Assembly (NCBI GenBank): GCA_036231405.1
Contig: JAZAHK010000028.1
Span: forward strand, 75,164-139,163
Length of the DNA: 64,000 nucleotides
Direction: 5' to 3'
DNA from: Nitrospinota bacterium
Lineage (GTDB): Bacteria; UBA8248
How positions within the stretch are numbered: position 1 is the stretch's first letter; every line of letters begins with the position of its first letter. The notes below the pieces were generated by a model. It saw only the letters and a program-made list of their open reading frames with translations, was not told the DNA's origin and made no database searches. The position numbers and the translations under genes were made by a program. Shown one piece after another: positions 60,743 to 64,000 of this stretch.

Positions 60743-61894
60743 GTGGCGAAAAGGGACTATTATGAAGTTTTAAATATAGGTAGAAACGCGACTGAGTCAG
60801 AAATAAAAAAAGCTTATCGCACAACGGCAATGCAATATCATCCAGATAGAAATCCGGGTGATACAAAAGCTGAAGAGCTTTTCAAGGAAGCTTCGGAAGC
60901 TTATCAAGTACTTAGTGATCCCCAGAAGAGAGGAGTTTATGATCAATATGGACATGAGGGGTTTTCTGGTGGATTTTCATCTGGGTTCTCTAATGTAGAA
61001 GATATTTTTTCATCTTTTGGTGACGTTTTCTCTGATATTTTTGGCGGTGGATTTGGGAGACGATCTCGAAGGGATAGTAGTTCGAAGGGAAGAGATCTTG
61101 CATATCAATTAGATCTAACATTTGAGGAATCAGCCCTAGGTTCAGAACATGATATTGAGTTTGAACGTGAAATAGAGTGTGCATATTGTGGAGGTACAGG
61201 TGCAAAAAGCTCAGATTCGATTATAAACTGTGGAGAGTGTAATGGCAGTGGGCAAGTTGCATATAGACAGGGTTTTGTAACTTTTAGTTCTCAATGTACA
61301 GACTGTGGTGGTTCAGGGAAGAGAATTTCAGAACACTGTAATGAATGTACAGGTTCTGGAAAACGTTCTGAAAAATGTGCTGTAAAAGTGAAAATTCCTG
61401 GCGGTGCAGATCATGAATCACGTTTAAGATTACGAGAAAAAGGAGAAGGAGGAACTAACGGAGGACCCTCTGGTGATTTGCATGTAATAGTGAACCTCTT
61501 AAGTCATGAGAGATTTGAGAGAGAGGGAAATAATATTTTCAGTAGAGAAGACGTTACATTTTCTCAAGCTGCACTTGGCGGAAAGATTTTTGTGCAAACT
61601 TTATATGGAGAAAGTGAGGTTGTTGTGCCACAAGGAGTACAGTCTGGTGAAAGTACTATAATTAAAAAACAGGGGTTCCCATTTTTGGGACAGAACTCAA
61701 AGGGCGATCATATTGTGGTTTTCTCTGTACTTACACCAAAAGAATTAAGTTCGAAAGAGAAGAAATTATTCCGAGAACTAGCTAAATTTGAAGAACAGAG
61801 AACCTCTACTGTTAAATCCTTTATGAATTATTTTTCAAAATTTGATAGGATAAAGAAGTTTTTTTGGTTTGATAGGTTGCCTTTCTATAGATAA
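60743..61894 (+). CDS. dnaJ: Molecular chaperone DnaJ
   Basis: HPD J domain, G/F region, four CxxCxGxG motifs. Confidence 0.96.
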   Translation: MAKRDYYEVLNIGRNATESEIKKAYRTTAMQYHPDRNPGDTKAEELFKEASEAYQVLSDPQKRGVYDQYGHEGFSGGFSSGFSNVEDIFSSFGDVFSDIFGGGFGRRSRRDSSSKGRDLAYQLDLTFEESALGSEHDIEFEREIECAYCGGTGAKSSDSIINCGECNGSGQVAYRQGFVTFSSQCTDCGGSGKRISEHCNECTGSGKRSEKCAVKVKIPGGADHESRLRLREKGEGGTNGGPSGDLHVIVNLLSHERFEREGNNIFSREDVTFSQAALGGKIFVQTLYGESEVVVPQGVQSGESTIIKKQGFPFLGQNSKGDHIVVFSVLTPKELSSKEKKLFRELAKFEEQRTSTVKSFMNYFSKFDRIKKFFWFDRLPFYR

Positions 61895-61950
61895 ATGTGA
61901 TTCTCTGGTGTCTTTTGTTTTAAAAAAATTTAATAAAAAATGAGGGAAAA

Positions 61951-62463
61951 ATGTCTGAAGAAGATAAAAGTATTTCGGAAAATGAAGAACCTCAAAATTT
62001 TAAGGTTTCAGATAAAAGGTACTCTGTTACTGGCTATGATGTTGAAGAAACTGAAGTTAAACCAGATGAAATTACTACTTCAATTTCTTCGGATGGATCT
62101 ATGACTTCTGAGCAATCTTCAGATATCCCGCAAGAACAGCATCAGGAGGAAACCAGTCGAGAAACAGAACAACCACCTGAACCCTTAAAGGAAGAAGAAA
62201 AAGAAGATGAAGAAGATGAAAAACACTTTGAAATGATGATTGCTATTCTTCAAGCGAATGCTCTTGGTGCAATGGGCCTTAATCCACAAACTGGGGAGAA
62301 AGTTGGTTCTGCTGACCCCAGGGCAGCCAAATTATTTGTTGATCTGTTTGCTATGTTGGAAGAAAAGATGAAAGGTAATTTAACTGAAGAAGAAAGTGAC
62401 ATACTTAAACAAGTTCGATCTAACATGCAGGTTGCTTATGTTCAACATGTTGGAATTGGATGA
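61951..62463 (+). CDS. DUF1844 domain protein
   Basis: Acidic N-terminus, then F...IAIL..NAL.AMG..P...AK..VD..AML.EK.KGNLT.EE..L......LQ.AYV-like C-terminal domain. Confidence 0.8.
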   Translation: MSEEDKSISENEEPQNFKVSDKRYSVTGYDVEETEVKPDEITTSISSDGSMTSEQSSDIPQEQHQEETSRETEQPPEPLKEEEKEDEEDEKHFEMMIAILQANALGAMGLNPQTGEKVGSADPRAAKLFVDLFAMLEEKMKGNLTEEESDILKQVRSNMQVAYVQHVGIG

Positions 62464-62505
62464 ATAAATTTCAGAAAATTATAAATAGTGTTTTTGGAGG
62501 CATCT

Positions 62506-62775
62506 ATGTTAGAGCAAGCTAGTTACGACGAATTATTTGAACGTGCATCCAATGAGGTTCAAAATAGATTTTTACTCTCTATCTTACTTGCAAAGAGAGT
62601 TAATCAGTTGAGAAATGGAGCAGAGCCACTTGTAGAAACGAAGAAATCGGATACTAAGGAAGAGATAGTTTTTCGAGAAATAATCGAGGGTAAACTTGAG
62701 TGGACAGATACTAGTAATGAGTCTGGAGAAGCTCTTTTGGACGAGAATTCTGTAGAATTGAATACGCAAGATTAG
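62506..62775 (+). CDS. rpoZ: RNA polymerase omega subunit
   Basis: NRFLLS...AKR..QL..GA.PLV.....K....VFREI.EG. Confidence 0.85.
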   Translation: MLEQASYDELFERASNEVQNRFLLSILLAKRVNQLRNGAEPLVETKKSDTKEEIVFREIIEGKLEWTDTSNESGEALLDENSVELNTQD

Positions 62776-63908
62776 AGATATTTTTCTTTTAAGTATTCCC
62801 CTATTAATTTAATGCCTCTTTCTATATTTTCGTTTGAATTGCAATAAGATAGTCTGAGGTGACCTTCTCCAAAAGGTCCGAAGTCTTTCCCAGGAGCGAG
62901 TGCTACGCCAGTCATAGCAAGTATTTCGCTGGCTAGTTTCATGCTATCCTTTTCATATTCACTTACATTAAAAAGTGCGTAAAAAGCGCCATCAGGTTGA
63001 GGATTAGTTTCTAGTCCAATTGACTTGAGGCCTTCTAAGGCTAACTTTCTTCTCTCTGTGTAAATTTCGTTCATCAGTCTTGCTTCAGGAATTGCTTCTT
63101 GGAGAGCAGTAATTCCTGCTATTTGGACAAATGGATTGGCAGAAATAAAGAAATTTTGTTGAAGAATCTCTAATCTCCTTATATATTTTTCAGGTACAAT
63201 CATATATCCTAACCTCCATCCTGTCATAGCAAAAAATTTTGAAAACCCGTTTATAACTATAGAATTGTCAGAGAATTCTAATGCAGAGTAGTCTCTATTT
63301 CCCGTACTGATACCATGGTATATTTCATCTGAAACTATAATTGGTTTTGTATTGGATATTTGTCTCAACTCTTCCCTAGTTAATCTTATCCCGGTTGGAT
63401 TAGAGGGAGAGTTAATTAAAATAATTTTGGTTTTATCAGAAATGTACTTTCCAATCTCTGAACTAAAATTTTTACATGGGACTAAAATAGATTTAGCACC
63501 TGTAGAACTGATAAAAGAAGGGTAACAGGCATAGTGAGGATCCGAGATGATAACTTCGTCATTCTCCTCTAAGAGTAGTTGAAATAAAATTAACATAGCA
63601 GGGCTAGTTCCGTTTGTAACAATTACTCTATTTGGAGAAATACTTAAGTTGTAACTGTGGTTGTAATGATCTGAAATTGCATTTCTTAGCTCTGAAATTC
63701 CTAGAGAATTTGTATAGCGTGTCTCTCCATTTTCAAGAGCTTTTTTTGCTGATTCGACTATCACTCTAGGCGTAGGGAAATCTGGTTCTCCAAGTTCTAA
63801 GTGGATAACTTTTCTCCCATCTCTTTCAAGACTTTTTGCTTTTCTTAAAATATCCATTACCAGAAATGGTTCAATTTGGTCAATTTTTTTTGAAAATTTT
63901 GTTTTCAT
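62772..63908 (-). CDS. PLP-dependent aminotransferase class I/II (AspC-like)
   Basis: LELGEPDF, NSPSNPTG, SDEIY, NGFSKFFAMTGWRLG, LRLSY. Confidence 0.93.
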   Translation of the reverse strand: MKTKFSKKIDQIEPFLVMDILRKAKSLERDGRKVIHLELGEPDFPTPRVIVESAKKALENGETRYTNSLGISELRNAISDHYNHSYNLSISPNRVIVTNGTSPAMLILFQLLLEENDEVIISDPHYACYPSFISSTGAKSILVPCKNFSSEIGKYISDKTKIILINSPSNPTGIRLTREELRQISNTKPIIVSDEIYHGISTGNRDYSALEFSDNSIVINGFSKFFAMTGWRLGYMIVPEKYIRRLEILQQNFFISANPFVQIAGITALQEAIPEARLMNEIYTERRKLALEGLKSIGLETNPQPDGAFYALFNVSEYEKDSMKLASEILAMTGVALAPGKDFGPFGEGHLRLSYCNSNENIERGIKLIGEYLKEKYL

Positions 63909-64000
63909 CTTTCTCAACTTAATATTTAGAAAATGCTTGTTTTTCTTGCTCCTTCAATTACACAATGGTAATATAAATTATATCTTTTTTGTATTTATAT

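Noticed and set aside
1-64000. CRISPR arrays, tRNA/rRNA genes, IS elements, anti-phage defence systems
   Set aside because: No periodic repeats, cloverleaf or rRNA-like segments, transposases or defence domains recognised; spacers are short

Overview
AT-rich bacterial chromosome segment (GC roughly mid-30s % by eye, not computed), with most housekeeping genes on the + strand. The gene set (DUF1844, HspR next to dnaK, a PASTA-only protein after rsmB, a trmD-linked SPOUT methylase remnant, TAXI-TRAP and LLM genes) suggests a marine Nitrospinota/Tectomicrobia/deltaproteobacteria-like lineage; this is inference. About 1-11 kb is accessory: a frameshifted SGNH hydrolase, M20 peptidase, DUF2784, a very large TAXI-TRAP permease divergent from its receptor, an FkbM methylase, CMD, cupins and CYTH. 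About 11-50 kb is core: dnaE-lipB-exbBD, rplM-rpsI, argCJ, rpsB-tsf-pyrH-frr-uppS-cdsA-dxr-pgpA-cinA, umuDC divergent from recA, fmt-rsmB-PASTA-rpe, ffh-rpsP-rimM-trmD-(pseudogene)-rplS, rnhB, coaX-birA-valS-mltG-ruvX-TolC, ribF and an M16 peptidase. About 51-56 kb has marR-LLM-cyclase converging on erpA-SDR-radical SAM. About 56.5-64 kb is dnaK-dnaJ-like-hspR-grpE-dnaJ-DUF1844-rpoZ plus an aminotransferase. The main signal the ORF track misses is that the radical SAM gene appears to read through its UGA as selenocysteine (WFC-U-AEP tail), followed by a bacterial SECIS-like hairpin. Other hidden signals: HAIR operators before dnaK, a MarR palindrome, mirror-image umuD/recA promoters, a VxD[KR]R motif shared by GrpE and DUF1844, and several gene-decay events. 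No rRNA, tRNA, CRISPR array or IS element was recognised.
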